Counted from the first letter of the stretch, positions 28,312 to 38,092 are shown. The stretch is 64,000 nucleotides of DNA from Eubacterium sp. (GCA_017477505.1 JAFUVQ010000015.1:86192-150191); one strand, 5' to 3'. Notes: generated from the letters alone by a model not told the origin. A program made the numbers and translations.

Positions 28312-30209
28312 ATGACAGGAGTTGTATAGTTCAGATGAAACTCGACAATATAGCCGGATGTAAGTCGATTTCTGAATTTGTTTCGAAAAAAACCGAAATT
28401 CTCAGAAATACAGACCATAGCTTTAATGCAATATTCGAGCTGATGTTTTCGGAAAAAACAAATATATTTTTTGAAGAATCCGAGGGTTTTGATATAAAGC
28501 GCACAACCTACGGAGAAGCTTATGACAGGACTCTGATTCTGGCAAAGGCCATTAAAGATACTCTTAAGGATGAGAGTCCGGATTCTGTTGTGGGGCTTGA
28601 TATGGAGAACGGGCCACTCTGGGTGGAAGGCTTCTGGGCCATAATCCTGGCGGGCTTCAGACCTCTTCTTATAAATGACAGACTTCCCGAGAAAACTCTG
28701 GAGGAAGTCAGAAAAGATCTTAAGGTTGTATATACCTTATGTGAGGATTCCCTTCCGATTATGGGAGATGAAAAGCTTGATCCCAAGACTGCGGATACAG
28801 GTTCAGAATTCTTCGTAATGAGTTCCGGGACTTCGGAGCACGTTAAGATATGTGCATACCGCCCTGAGGCTATAGTTAATCAGATATATGACAGCTACAG
28901 CATCATTAAAGAATGTAAAGAAATCAGGAAGCATTATAACGGGTATATAAAACAGCTCACCCTGCTTCCTTTTTATCATGTCTTCGGGCTTTTTGCAGTG
29001 TATTTCTGGTTCGGGTTCTTCTCGCGAACATTTGTAAAATTAAATGATATGCAGCCACAGACCATTCTCGATACTATAAGAAGGCATGAGGTGACACACG
29101 TCTTTGCAGTACCTATGTTCTGGGACAAAGTATACAGTGCTGCCATGAGAGAAATCAGAAAGCGCGGCAAGGAAACCTACGAGAAATTTCAGAAGGGCAG
29201 GAAGATAGGAAGATTCATTCCTAAGATTGCATTTAAAGAGATAAGAGAAAATCTTTTCGGTGAATCCATATGCTTTATGATATCAGGAGGAAGCTTCATA
29301 TCAGAAGAAGTGCTGTCATTCTTTAATACAATTGGATACAGACTGGCGAACGGATATGGAATGAGTGAGATAGGAATAACTTCAGTGGAGACCAGTTCAA
29401 AGTATAATATACTCTGCTCGGGTTCTGTGGGAAGACCTTTTCATTCCATTCAGTATGACATAGATGAGGCAGGTGAGCTTGTGGTTCATTCCTCTTCCAT
29501 GGCAAGTTATATATATTCGGATTCCGGAGTCGTAACGCCGGAAGGTGTTTATGCAACCAGGGATATAGCTGAGGAAAGAAACGGAAGATATTATCTTGGT
29601 GGAAGGAGTGATGACATCATCATTACTTCCAGTGGAGAGAATATAAATCCATATATTATAGAGAAGAATGCCGATATAGAAGGCATTGATACACTATGTC
29701 TGGTTAAAGGACATGAAAAGGCTGCGGTGATCGCTCATGTGAATTCCTTCAGAAGAGGCGCCGATGCTATACGGGAGGATATAAAAAGCTTCCTTGATGA
29801 TGCAAAGATCAAGGCTGAAACAGAGGCTATAATCCTTACCGAACAGAGACTGATAGAGGAAAATGAATTTAAGGTGAACCGCAGGAAGATTCAGAAGAAG
29901 TATCTTTCCGGAGAATTATATTCATACGATGATGAGTCCCGCGCCAAAACCGAAAAGCGCGGAAGAAGTGCCTACTATGAAAAAGTTAACGCAGTATTCT
30001 GCAAGGCACTGGATAAGGAACCGGGAGAAGTCGGTGACTACGAAGACTTTTTCATCGACGGAGGCGGAGACAGCCTCGGGTATCTCTCAATGATGGCTGA
30101 ACTTGAGAATACCTATGAGATAGACTTCCCATCCATGGGAGAAAAGAGTCTCAGTACTATAGGAGATATAGTGGACTACATTGAACAATCTGCTGATAAA
30201 CATAGTTAA
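28308..30209 (+). CDS. ANL-superfamily adenylating enzyme fused to a C-terminal carrier (PP-binding) domain
   Basis: ATGA start/stop overlap with the upstream gene. AMP-binding core motifs: a degenerate A3 MSSGTSEHVKI, A5 NGYGMSEIG, and A7/A8 YATRDIAEERNGRYYLGGRSDDIIITSSGENINP. The carrier-domain motif is FFIDGGGDSLGYLSMMAELE, with a candidate phosphopantetheine Ser in GDSL. Confidence 0.75.
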   Translation: MNDRSCIVQMKLDNIAGCKSISEFVSKKTEILRNTDHSFNAIFELMFSEKTNIFFEESEGFDIKRTTYGEAYDRTLILAKAIKDTLKDESPDSVVGLDMENGPLWVEGFWAIILAGFRPLLINDRLPEKTLEEVRKDLKVVYTLCEDSLPIMGDEKLDPKTADTGSEFFVMSSGTSEHVKICAYRPEAIVNQIYDSYSIIKECKEIRKHYNGYIKQLTLLPFYHVFGLFAVYFWFGFFSRTFVKLNDMQPQTILDTIRRHEVTHVFAVPMFWDKVYSAAMREIRKRGKETYEKFQKGRKIGRFIPKIAFKEIRENLFGESICFMISGGSFISEEVLSFFNTIGYRLANGYGMSEIGITSVETSSKYNILCSGSVGRPFHSIQYDIDEAGELVVHSSSMASYIYSDSGVVTPEGVYATRDIAEERNGRYYLGGRSDDIIITSSGENINPYIIEKNADIEGIDTLCLVKGHEKAAVIAHVNSFRRGADAIREDIKSFLDDAKIKAETEAIILTEQRLIEENEFKVNRRKIQKKYLSGELYSYDDESRAKTEKRGRSAYYEKVNAVFCKALDKEPGEVGDYEDFFIDGGGDSLGYLSMMAELENTYEIDFPSMGEKSLSTIGDIVDYIEQSADKHS

Positions 30210-30828
30210 CTGGTTTACAAAGATAACTGCATGGCTGCCTCAGAAACTGGTTTTCAGAACAAAGATTTATTATGAAAATGGAGATCGGAGTCTGAGACGC
30301 CCCAAGGGACCTGTTATTATAATATCAAATCATACTGCGGTTTATGATTATGCCGCATTTCTTTTCGTATTCATGACAAGAACTCTCAGAGTTCCTATGG
30401 CAGAGGTGCTGTTCAGTAAGCAGCCTCTGGGTACATTTTTAAAATGCATGGGCGGTATAAGAGTTGACAGGGCAGACCATGATTTTTCATTTATCAATAA
30501 GCTTGAAAGAGTACTTAAGAAGGGGGGCGCTGTTCTGATATTTCCGGAGAGCAGACTCCCAAAGGAAGGCGAGGAAAGACCGCTTCCGTTTACACCGAGT
30601 GCGGCATATCTTGCCCTTTTGTCAGGCGCAGAAATAATTCCCGTATATACAAACGGCCGTTACTTCACGAAAGACAGGGCCAGGGTCATGATAGGAGCAG
30701 GTATTAAGGCGGCTGACTTTGTAAAAGACGGAATGGACAGGAAGGAAACTATAGATGCCCTGAACCGCGGAATGCGCGAGAGGGTTATAGAGTTAGGTAA
30801 GAAACTTGATGAAGTATCTGTTTTATGA
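30181..30828 (+). CDS. PlsC-family (lysophospholipid/1-acylglycerol-3-phosphate type) acyltransferase
   Basis: HX4D motif NHTAVYD, FLKCMGGIRVDR and FPESRLP. The TTG start from the ORF track overlaps the upstream gene by 29 nt, so the exact start is uncertain. Confidence 0.75.
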   Translation: MNNLLINIVNWFTKITAWLPQKLVFRTKIYYENGDRSLRRPKGPVIIISNHTAVYDYAAFLFVFMTRTLRVPMAEVLFSKQPLGTFLKCMGGIRVDRADHDFSFINKLERVLKKGGAVLIFPESRLPKEGEERPLPFTPSAAYLALLSGAEIIPVYTNGRYFTKDRARVMIGAGIKAADFVKDGMDRKETIDALNRGMRERVIELGKKLDEVSVL

Positions 30829-31438
30829 TTTTGTAAAGATAACGGCGGCACTGCCGGGGCTTATAGCCTTCAGACCGAAGATTTTATATGAAAATGAAGA
30901 GGCGAAAAAGAAGATAAAGGGTGGAGCGCTTATAATAGCGAATCATATCACTTTAATCGACCCCATACATGTCATGACGGCAGTATGGTACAGAAGACAC
31001 AGATTCATCTGTACCAAGGATTTCTTCGAGCATAAGATAGCGAAGCATTTTTTCAAAGGCTTCAGATGCATACCCATTGATAAAGAGAATATGGGCATGG
31101 ATTCTTTCAATGCCATAGTGAAATGTCTAAAGGACGGAGAACTGGTATCCATGTTCCCGGAAGGGAAGGTGTCGAAGGACAGCAGTGTGGTTGATACTTT
31201 CAAAAGCGGAATGATACTTATGGCTGTCCGGGGCAGGACGCCAATAATTCCGATCTATATAAAAAAGAGAAAAAGTATCCTGGAAAGACAGGTTACCGTA
31301 ATCGGTGAGCCAGTTCATGTGGAAACCATGTTTAAGGGCATGCCATCCATGAAGGATATAGAAGAAGTAAGCAACCAGTTACATAATAAAGAGGAGGAGT
31401 TAAAGAATTATGCCAATAGGAACAAGAGAGGTGTTTAA
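30809..31438 (+). CDS. PlsC-family acyltransferase (second copy)
   Basis: HX4D motif NHITLID, GFRCIPIDK and FPEGKVS. ATG 30809 overlaps the upstream gene by 20 nt. Confidence 0.75.
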   Translation: MKYLFYDFVKITAALPGLIAFRPKILYENEEAKKKIKGGALIIANHITLIDPIHVMTAVWYRRHRFICTKDFFEHKIAKHFFKGFRCIPIDKENMGMDSFNAIVKCLKDGELVSMFPEGKVSKDSSVVDTFKSGMILMAVRGRTPIIPIYIKKRKSILERQVTVIGEPVHVETMFKGMPSMKDIEEVSNQLHNKEEELKNYANRNKRGV

Positions 31439-32924
31439 GACCTATACGGACGAGGAAACCTTTGCAAAGATTAAGGAGTACGACAGCCTTTCAGAGATGT
31501 GGAAGGAAGCTGTAGCTTCATATGGGGCAGACCATATCATGATCAAAGATAACGGATCTGAATATACATATGCGGATGTAGAAAAGGAAGCGGCGGTTTT
31601 CAGGGCAGTGCTTGCAGGAAAGGGACTTTCAAAGGGGGACAGAGTAGGCATTATAGCTGTTAATTCCTACGAGGCTGTAAGAGCATTCATAGCTGTAGTA
31701 ACATCGGGTATGACTGCAGTAATGCTTCCGCCTCATCTTGATGAGAGAACCATCTTCGGATGCTGCATGAAGTTTTCACTGAAGGCAGTTGTATTTGATG
31801 ATTCGGCAAAAGACAGAGTAGGACTTGCAGGCAGCAGGTTCGCAGTAATAAATGTAAATGAAACCACAGACGGGTCTGTTGAAGCTGTTTCTGTAGCTGC
31901 TGAGGATGAGGCGGTAATAATGTTCACCGGCGGAACTACCGGAAGCAGCAAGGGCGCACTTCTTACCAACAGGGCACTCATGCAGGGTGTCACAAACGGC
32001 TGTTACGGTTATAAGGACGTATTCAATCAGAGATATATACTCCTGCTTCCTCTTTTCCATGTGTTCGGGCTTATCCGTAATACACTTACACCTATCATGA
32101 CAGGAAGTACATTATGGATATGCAGAAATACTAAGGATATGTTCAAGGATATCGCTATATTCAGACCGACTGTTATGGTTGCAGTACCTGCCATGGTTGA
32201 GATGGCTTACGGACTCTCGAAGCAGTTCGGAAAGCAGATGCTGGGTCCTGATATGAAATATATCATTTGTGGTGCTGCAAATGTTCCGCCATATCTTATC
32301 GAAGAATACTATAAGGACGGAATACTTGTACTTGCCGGTTATGGTCTTACAGAGACGGCTAACCTTGTTTCGGGAAATCCTGACAGCGTTAAGGCACCCG
32401 ATTCAGTTGGAAAACTCTTCCCGAACCAGGAAGTTAAGCTCGTGGACGGAGAAATCTGGATCAAAGGCAGCAATATCATGAGTGGTTACATAGGCGAGGA
32501 GGAGAATCCTTTTGAAGATGGATGGTTCAGAACCGGTGATTTGGGACGTTTCGATGAAGAAGGATACCTTTATATAACAGGAAGAATCAAAGAAATCATC
32601 GTTCTTCCTACAGGTGAAAATGTTTCGCCTGCTGAGCTTGAAGCAAAGTTTAATACAGTGAAGCTTATCCAGGACAGTCAGGTCTTCGAAGCAATAACAG
32701 AAGATGGAAGGCATATACTTGCCCTTGAAGTTGTTCCGAGAGCATCAGAGACAGCAAAGCTTCCAAAAGAAGAGGTTGCAGAGACAATACTGAAAGAGCT
32801 GAGAGCAGTAAATGAAACTATTCCATCAGCCCAGAGAGTTACAAAGATGACCATAAGAGATAAGGATTTCGACAGAACTCCAAGTATGAAGATCGTGAGG
32901 TATAAAAATGCAGTACAGTCGTAA
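31410..32924 (+). CDS. Fatty-acyl-AMP / acyl-CoA / acyl-ACP ligase (canonical ANL enzyme)
   Basis: FTGGTTGSSKGALLTN (A3), AGYGLTETA (A5), FRTGDLGRFDEEGYLYITGRIKEIIVLPTGENVSP (A7/A8) and a C-terminal PSMKIVR (A10 Lys). An RBS (GAGGAGGAG) lies upstream. Confidence 0.85.
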   Translation: MPIGTREVFKTYTDEETFAKIKEYDSLSEMWKEAVASYGADHIMIKDNGSEYTYADVEKEAAVFRAVLAGKGLSKGDRVGIIAVNSYEAVRAFIAVVTSGMTAVMLPPHLDERTIFGCCMKFSLKAVVFDDSAKDRVGLAGSRFAVINVNETTDGSVEAVSVAAEDEAVIMFTGGTTGSSKGALLTNRALMQGVTNGCYGYKDVFNQRYILLLPLFHVFGLIRNTLTPIMTGSTLWICRNTKDMFKDIAIFRPTVMVAVPAMVEMAYGLSKQFGKQMLGPDMKYIICGAANVPPYLIEEYYKDGILVLAGYGLTETANLVSGNPDSVKAPDSVGKLFPNQEVKLVDGEIWIKGSNIMSGYIGEEENPFEDGWFRTGDLGRFDEEGYLYITGRIKEIIVLPTGENVSPAELEAKFNTVKLIQDSQVFEAITEDGRHILALEVVPRASETAKLPKEEVAETILKELRAVNETIPSAQRVTKMTIRDKDFDRTPSMKIVRYKNAVQS

Positions 32925-33159
32925 TGAAATACTTACTAAGTTAAGTGAAATGATGAAGACAAACGGTATTACCGATAAGGACCTCATGTCTCTTCCCGAT
33001 GACATCAGGCTGGATGAAGATCTGGGTATGACCTCAATCAATATGTTATATATGGTTATCTATATTGAAGAGGAATTCGGAGTGGATTTCGGCGCCAAGA
33101 GCATAAGGGATTTCAAGACTCTTGGAGATGTCGTTAAATTTATAAGTGAAGAAGCTTAA
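32908..33159 (+). CDS. Stand-alone acyl/peptidyl carrier protein (83 aa)
   Basis: It has ACP size and helix pattern. The candidate phosphopantetheine site is EDLGMTSINMLYMVIYIEEEFGV. It overlaps the ligase by 17 nt. Confidence 0.65.
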   Translation: MQYSRNEILTKLSEMMKTNGITDKDLMSLPDDIRLDEDLGMTSINMLYMVIYIEEEFGVDFGAKSIRDFKTLGDVVKFISEEA

Positions 33160-33160
33160 T

Positions 33161-34078
33161 ATGAAGATTTTTCTTATAATCCTGGCGGCATTTCTGGTTC
33201 TTCAGGTGATCATATCAGTTGTCGCCACATTTATAACATTTAATATTGTTTTTTTAAGAAGAGACGAAAAAGGGCAGAAAAAGGATCCGGCTTCAAATGC
33301 TTACCTGAAACGTTATGAAAAGGAGCTTAAGGACAGTATCAAGTTCCTTCTTGCCAAAAAGGCTGAGAAGGTTCATATAACATCTAAGGATGGATTAAAA
33401 CTTGCTGCTGACTTTTATGATGCAGGTTCAGACAGGACTGCACTTTTCTTCCATGGTTACACATCTCTTCCTATGGCTAATTTTGCCATAATAGGCAGGA
33501 AGTTCTATGAAAGAGGATACAATATCCTGCTTATCACTCACAGAGCCCATGGCGAGAGTGAAGGAGAGTATTGCACTCTGGGACTTCTGGAACAGGAAGA
33601 TGTGATCTCATGGACGGAGTGGTGCCGTGACAGGGGACTTGGACAGCTTGTGCTGTACGGAATATCCATGGGCTGTGCATCAGTTTCCTATGCATCGGAC
33701 AGGCTGGATAAAGAACTGGTAAGAGCTCTTATACTGGACTGCGGTTTTTCGTCACCATATGAGCAGATATCAAATGATGGAAGAAAAATGCATGTTCCAT
33801 ATCAGTTGATAATGCCGATACTGACACAGCTTGCCAGAAAAAGGCTGGGTATAAATCTGAAGCAGAAGGTGAGTGATTCACTTTCCCGATGCAGTATTCC
33901 AGCCCTGTTTATACATGGAGTATGTGACTCCACGGTTGATATTAAATATGGGATAGAAAACTATGAAAGCTGCAGCTCTGAAAAGAAAATGATAAAGGTT
34001 GAAGGAGCTGAACATACAATGGCATTCCTGGACGGTGGAGACAAGGTATGTGAAGAGGTATTTGATTTTATAGCTTGA
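33161..34078 (+). CDS. Membrane-anchored alpha/beta hydrolase (Ser nucleophile), paralogue of 38221-39168
   Basis: N-terminal TM IFLIILAAFLVLQVIISVVATFI. Also FFHGYTS, HRAHGESEG, the elbow GISMGCAS and a C-terminal GAEH. The start is ATG 33161 or in-frame GTG 33146. Confidence 0.75.
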   Translation: MKIFLIILAAFLVLQVIISVVATFITFNIVFLRRDEKGQKKDPASNAYLKRYEKELKDSIKFLLAKKAEKVHITSKDGLKLAADFYDAGSDRTALFFHGYTSLPMANFAIIGRKFYERGYNILLITHRAHGESEGEYCTLGLLEQEDVISWTEWCRDRGLGQLVLYGISMGCASVSYASDRLDKELVRALILDCGFSSPYEQISNDGRKMHVPYQLIMPILTQLARKRLGINLKQKVSDSLSRCSIPALFIHGVCDSTVDIKYGIENYESCSSEKKMIKVEGAEHTMAFLDGGDKVCEEVFDFIA

Positions 34079-34150
34079 ACCGGAGCATAAGGCTTCGTTA
34101 AGGATATGAAGACATATTATAATAAACTATAAATAATCTGGAGGAGAAAG

Positions 34151-35086
34151 ATGGATAAGTATGTAATCATCACTGATACTACCAGTGATCTGAGAAAAGA
34201 ATATCAGGAGAAATATGATATCAAGGTCATCAATGGACATATCATTTGTCCTGACAAAACAGAAATACCTGCATTTCTTGAATGGAAAGACTGGGACAGA
34301 GACCAGTTCTATACGGATCTCAAGAAGAATCCTGATGGATGGACTACAGCTCCGCCAAATGTTCAGGAATATATCATGGCATATGAGCCATATATCAAAG
34401 AAGGTTACGGAATTCTTGCTATTACCATTTCAGGCGGTATAAGTGGTTCCTATGGTTTCATGACAGATGCAAGAAAACAGCTTCTTAAGGATTATCCTGA
34501 TGCGAAGATCGAATGTATTGATTCCAGAAAGTTCGGACCATGTATCGGACTCCTCTGCGTATATGCAGCTATGAACAGAGATAAGGGCATGAATCTCAAA
34601 GAGAATGCAGAAGAGATAGAGAAGCTCAAGATGAGCATGCATCAGGCAGGATGGCTGGATGACCTTTCATTTGTCGCTAAGAAGGGAAGAATCTCACATC
34701 CTAAGGCATTCTTCGGCACACTTGCAGGTGTTAAGCCTCTCGGAGATTTCGATGATAATGGTCTTACAACCGTTATCGGTAAGGTTAAGGGAGCAGCAAC
34801 AGCATATAAGGTACTTCTTGACTATATGGAGAAAACCATCAAGAATCCTGAAGACCAGATTATTTTCATAGCTCAGACCAGCCGTGAGAAGCAGGCTCTT
34901 CAGTTTAAGGAAATGATTGTTGAGAGATTCCATCCGAAGGAAATATATGTAAATGATGTATTCCCTGTTTGTGGAATAAATATAGGTCCCGGCCTTATGG
35001 CAGCTTATTACGTAGGTAAGCCTCTTTCAAGAGAACTTACATATGAGAAGCAGCTTATGGACAGTATAATCAACGGAGAAAAATAA
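34151..35086 (+). CDS. DegV-family fatty-acid-binding protein (FakB-type)
   Basis: The opening YVIITDTTSDL is typical of DegV. ITISGGISGSY is also present. Length is 311 aa. Confidence 0.8.
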   Translation: MDKYVIITDTTSDLRKEYQEKYDIKVINGHIICPDKTEIPAFLEWKDWDRDQFYTDLKKNPDGWTTAPPNVQEYIMAYEPYIKEGYGILAITISGGISGSYGFMTDARKQLLKDYPDAKIECIDSRKFGPCIGLLCVYAAMNRDKGMNLKENAEEIEKLKMSMHQAGWLDDLSFVAKKGRISHPKAFFGTLAGVKPLGDFDDNGLTTVIGKVKGAATAYKVLLDYMEKTIKNPEDQIIFIAQTSREKQALQFKEMIVERFHPKEIYVNDVFPVCGINIGPGLMAAYYVGKPLSRELTYEKQLMDSIINGEK

Positions 35087-36418
35087 ATGAAAAAGCTTAC
35101 GAATGCACCTCAGAAGATATTCTATGCATCTGGTGCCATGGGAGTAAATCTTCTCAATACCATGATGGGCTCATATATCTGCAGTGCCCTTCTTGTGGGC
35201 GGTTTCGGTGAGGAGGCCATACCTTTTCAGACCTATGTGGGAAAGGACCTTATCATACCGGCAGTATGGGCTGTATTTGCATTTCTCGCAAAGGTTGTAG
35301 ACGGTATCATTGACATTCCTATGGCTTCATTTGCAGATAATTTTAAATCCAGATTCGGCAGAAGGCGTCCGGTCATATTGATAGGTTTTATCATAATGGT
35401 ACTGGCTTATCTCGGTATGCTCTTTATCCCGAATCCAAACGGCGCCACAATGCTTAATACTGTTTATTTCGGAATTGTGCTCTGTATATTCTATTCATTT
35501 TATACACTTACCATGGTCACATATTATTCGACCTATACAGAGATTGTCGACACCGATATTGACAGGGCATTTCTGTCAAATGTAAAAGCTGTATGTGATA
35601 TCTTTTATTTCATCATCGGTTATGTAATAGTCAGGATGTTCCTTAATTCCATGAACATCAGACTGGTAGCGCTTATAGTGCTTCCGCTCAGCCTTCTGAT
35701 GATGATTCCTGTAGCACTTATCAAAGAGGAATCAAATCTCGGTGATGATTCTAAGGTGAAGAGCGTAAGTCTTATACAGTCACTTAAATGTACATTTCAG
35801 AATAAGCCTTTCCTTCGATGGATTGTTGCCTATGCATTCATGAATTTCGGAGTACAGCTTTTCCTCGGAGGAATCAATGAGTATTTCTCGAAGGTGGGAA
35901 TGAACATGATGATCGTTATGATGTCATGCTTCGCACCGGTTCCGTTTACTCTTATTCTGTATAATGTGATAATGAAGAAGAAGGGCTTCGGCTTTTCATT
36001 TATATATGCACTTGCTGTATATACCGTCGGAATGATATGCATGTTTGTTGTGGGAACCATGCCGGCGGGCACCGGTAAACTGGTAGCATCCATAGTAGCC
36101 GGAGTTATCTCTTCATTTGCCATAGGAGCGCTTTTTGCGGTTGCATATCAGCTGCCGTCACAGCTTGCGGCTGAGGAGGAGACAAGAACGGGAGTTGCAA
36201 ACTCGGCTATGTACTTTGCGGTACAGGGACTTTTCTCAGGTGTAGCAACGGGTATTGCAACGGGAATAGTGCTTACGGCACTTAAGGGATCTGAATCAGC
36301 CAATTCAGATGCTATCAGGTACATTACACTTATATCGGCAGCCGGAACAGTTGTTGCAGGCATACTTACACTTATGCTGCCTGACGTAATCAAAAAGATA
36401 GGAAAACAGGATAAATGA
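35087..36418 (+). CDS. GPH/MFS_2-family (MelB-like) major facilitator transporter
   Basis: About 12 TM segments. The GPH signature is KVVDGIIDIPMASFADNFKSRFGRRRP. The start codon directly abuts the degV stop (TAAATG). Confidence 0.75.
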   Translation: MKKLTNAPQKIFYASGAMGVNLLNTMMGSYICSALLVGGFGEEAIPFQTYVGKDLIIPAVWAVFAFLAKVVDGIIDIPMASFADNFKSRFGRRRPVILIGFIIMVLAYLGMLFIPNPNGATMLNTVYFGIVLCIFYSFYTLTMVTYYSTYTEIVDTDIDRAFLSNVKAVCDIFYFIIGYVIVRMFLNSMNIRLVALIVLPLSLLMMIPVALIKEESNLGDDSKVKSVSLIQSLKCTFQNKPFLRWIVAYAFMNFGVQLFLGGINEYFSKVGMNMMIVMMSCFAPVPFTLILYNVIMKKKGFGFSFIYALAVYTVGMICMFVVGTMPAGTGKLVASIVAGVISSFAIGALFAVAYQLPSQLAAEEETRTGVANSAMYFAVQGLFSGVATGIATGIVLTALKGSESANSDAIRYITLISAAGTVVAGILTLMLPDVIKKIGKQDK

Positions 36419-38088
36419 TAGTCACCAAAGTTAATGCTATAATGTTTGACAAGATGTTGAAGAATGGTCTTCAGAATCTTCTTGCACATGAAACAGAGAT
36501 AAATAAATTAAATGTATTTCCGGTTGCAGACGGAGATACCGGTTCTAATATGGTTGTAACCATTAAGAACGGGCTTAAACTGACAAAGAAGACCAATCTT
36601 CTTTCCGATTATCTGTCCCGTCTTTCCGAGGGTATGATGTTCGGAGCAAGAGGTAATTCCGGAGTTATTCTCTCCCAGATAATGAGGGGAATCTATCTTG
36701 CACTTTCCAATGTGGGAGCGGCAGGGACTAAGGAATTAAAAAAGGCTTTTATAAACGGTTACAAGACCGCTTATGATGCAGTCAGCAATCCTGTAGAAGG
36801 AACCATGCTGACAGTTGCAAGAGAAGGAATCGAGAAAATATCTGAGCATATAAAAAGAGAGACTACAGTAAACCAACTGCTCTTCATGTATATATCTCAG
36901 ATGAAGAATACTCTTAAGAAGACACCGGAGATGCTGCCGGTTCTGAAAAAGGCAGGAGTTATAGATAGTGGGGCATATGGTTATATCGTGATTGTAGAAG
37001 GCATGCTTAAGTATCTTGAAGGTGAGATTATAAATGAATCTGAGAAAGAGGTACATGCTGTTAAGACGGCGGATCTTCCGAGCAGTGAGCTTTTCAATGC
37101 TGACAGCAGCTTTGATACAGGCTATTGCATGGAGTTCGTACTTCAGCTTCTTAACGGGTCAGGTTACAGGGCTGATTTTAATGAAGAGGCTTTCAAGGCT
37201 GAACTGGGTAAGCACGGAAATTCCATAGTACTTGCCGGAAGCGGTACAAGGTACAAGGTTCATATTCACACCAAAAAACCTTCACCTGTTATAGAACTTG
37301 CACAGCGCTACGGTGAGTTTATATCATTTAAGCTTGAGAATATGCAGGTACAGTTCAATGAGAATCTTCACTCAAATGGTGCTGTTCCTGGGAAGAAGAC
37401 TGAAGAAAAAAGGGAAGAGATTCCATTTGGAATAGTTGCAATCCTGAACGGGGACGGGCCTGAAAGGCTATATAAAGAGCTTGGATGTACGGCTATCGTA
37501 AAGGGCGATTCCAAGAATAATGCTTCGGTGAAGAGCATACTTGACGGGATTAATGCGGTAAATGCGAAGAGGACAGCAATCATTCTTAACAGTAAGAATA
37601 ATGTGATAGCTGCAGAGCAGGCACTTACCATGACTGATAAAAAGGATTCCATCGCACTTATTAAAACAGAGAACATAGTTGAAGGCTACTTTGCCCTTGC
37701 GCTCGATATAGGAGATGAGACGGATTATGATCTGAGACTCCGTGAGATGAGCGGATATGGTGAAGGACTTAATACAGTAAAAACTACTGAGGCTACCAAG
37801 GAGTATACGGAAGGAGAACTCAGTTGTAAGGAAGGCGACTGCATTACATTTATCGGTGATAAGATGTCTGCAGTTGCGGGAGACTCTGTTACAGCCTTTA
37901 TCGAAGGAATTGCAGCTGTACCTGACATTGACTTCAAAGAGAACATGATTCTTTTCAAGAACAATATGGTAACTTCTGATGAAGAAAGCAGACTCATGGG
38001 AATTCTTGAAGAGAAGTACCCTGACATAGAAGTAAAGATGGTAGACGGCAATAACAGCATCTATATGTGGCAGGCCGGGCTGGTATAG
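36415..38088 (+). CDS. Dak2-domain protein of the YloV/FakA (fatty acid kinase) type
   Basis: LNVFPVADGDTGSNM is the Dak2 phosphate-binding motif. ARGNSGVILSQ is also present. The 557-aa length is typical of YloV/FakA. ATGA overlap with the MFS gene. Confidence 0.75.
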   Translation: MIVTKVNAIMFDKMLKNGLQNLLAHETEINKLNVFPVADGDTGSNMVVTIKNGLKLTKKTNLLSDYLSRLSEGMMFGARGNSGVILSQIMRGIYLALSNVGAAGTKELKKAFINGYKTAYDAVSNPVEGTMLTVAREGIEKISEHIKRETTVNQLLFMYISQMKNTLKKTPEMLPVLKKAGVIDSGAYGYIVIVEGMLKYLEGEIINESEKEVHAVKTADLPSSELFNADSSFDTGYCMEFVLQLLNGSGYRADFNEEAFKAELGKHGNSIVLAGSGTRYKVHIHTKKPSPVIELAQRYGEFISFKLENMQVQFNENLHSNGAVPGKKTEEKREEIPFGIVAILNGDGPERLYKELGCTAIVKGDSKNNASVKSILDGINAVNAKRTAIILNSKNNVIAAEQALTMTDKKDSIALIKTENIVEGYFALALDIGDETDYDLRLREMSGYGEGLNTVKTTEATKEYTEGELSCKEGDCITFIGDKMSAVAGDSVTAFIEGIAAVPDIDFKENMILFKNNMVTSDEESRLMGILEEKYPDIEVKMVDGNNSIYMWQAGLV

Positions 38089-38092
38089 GCAT

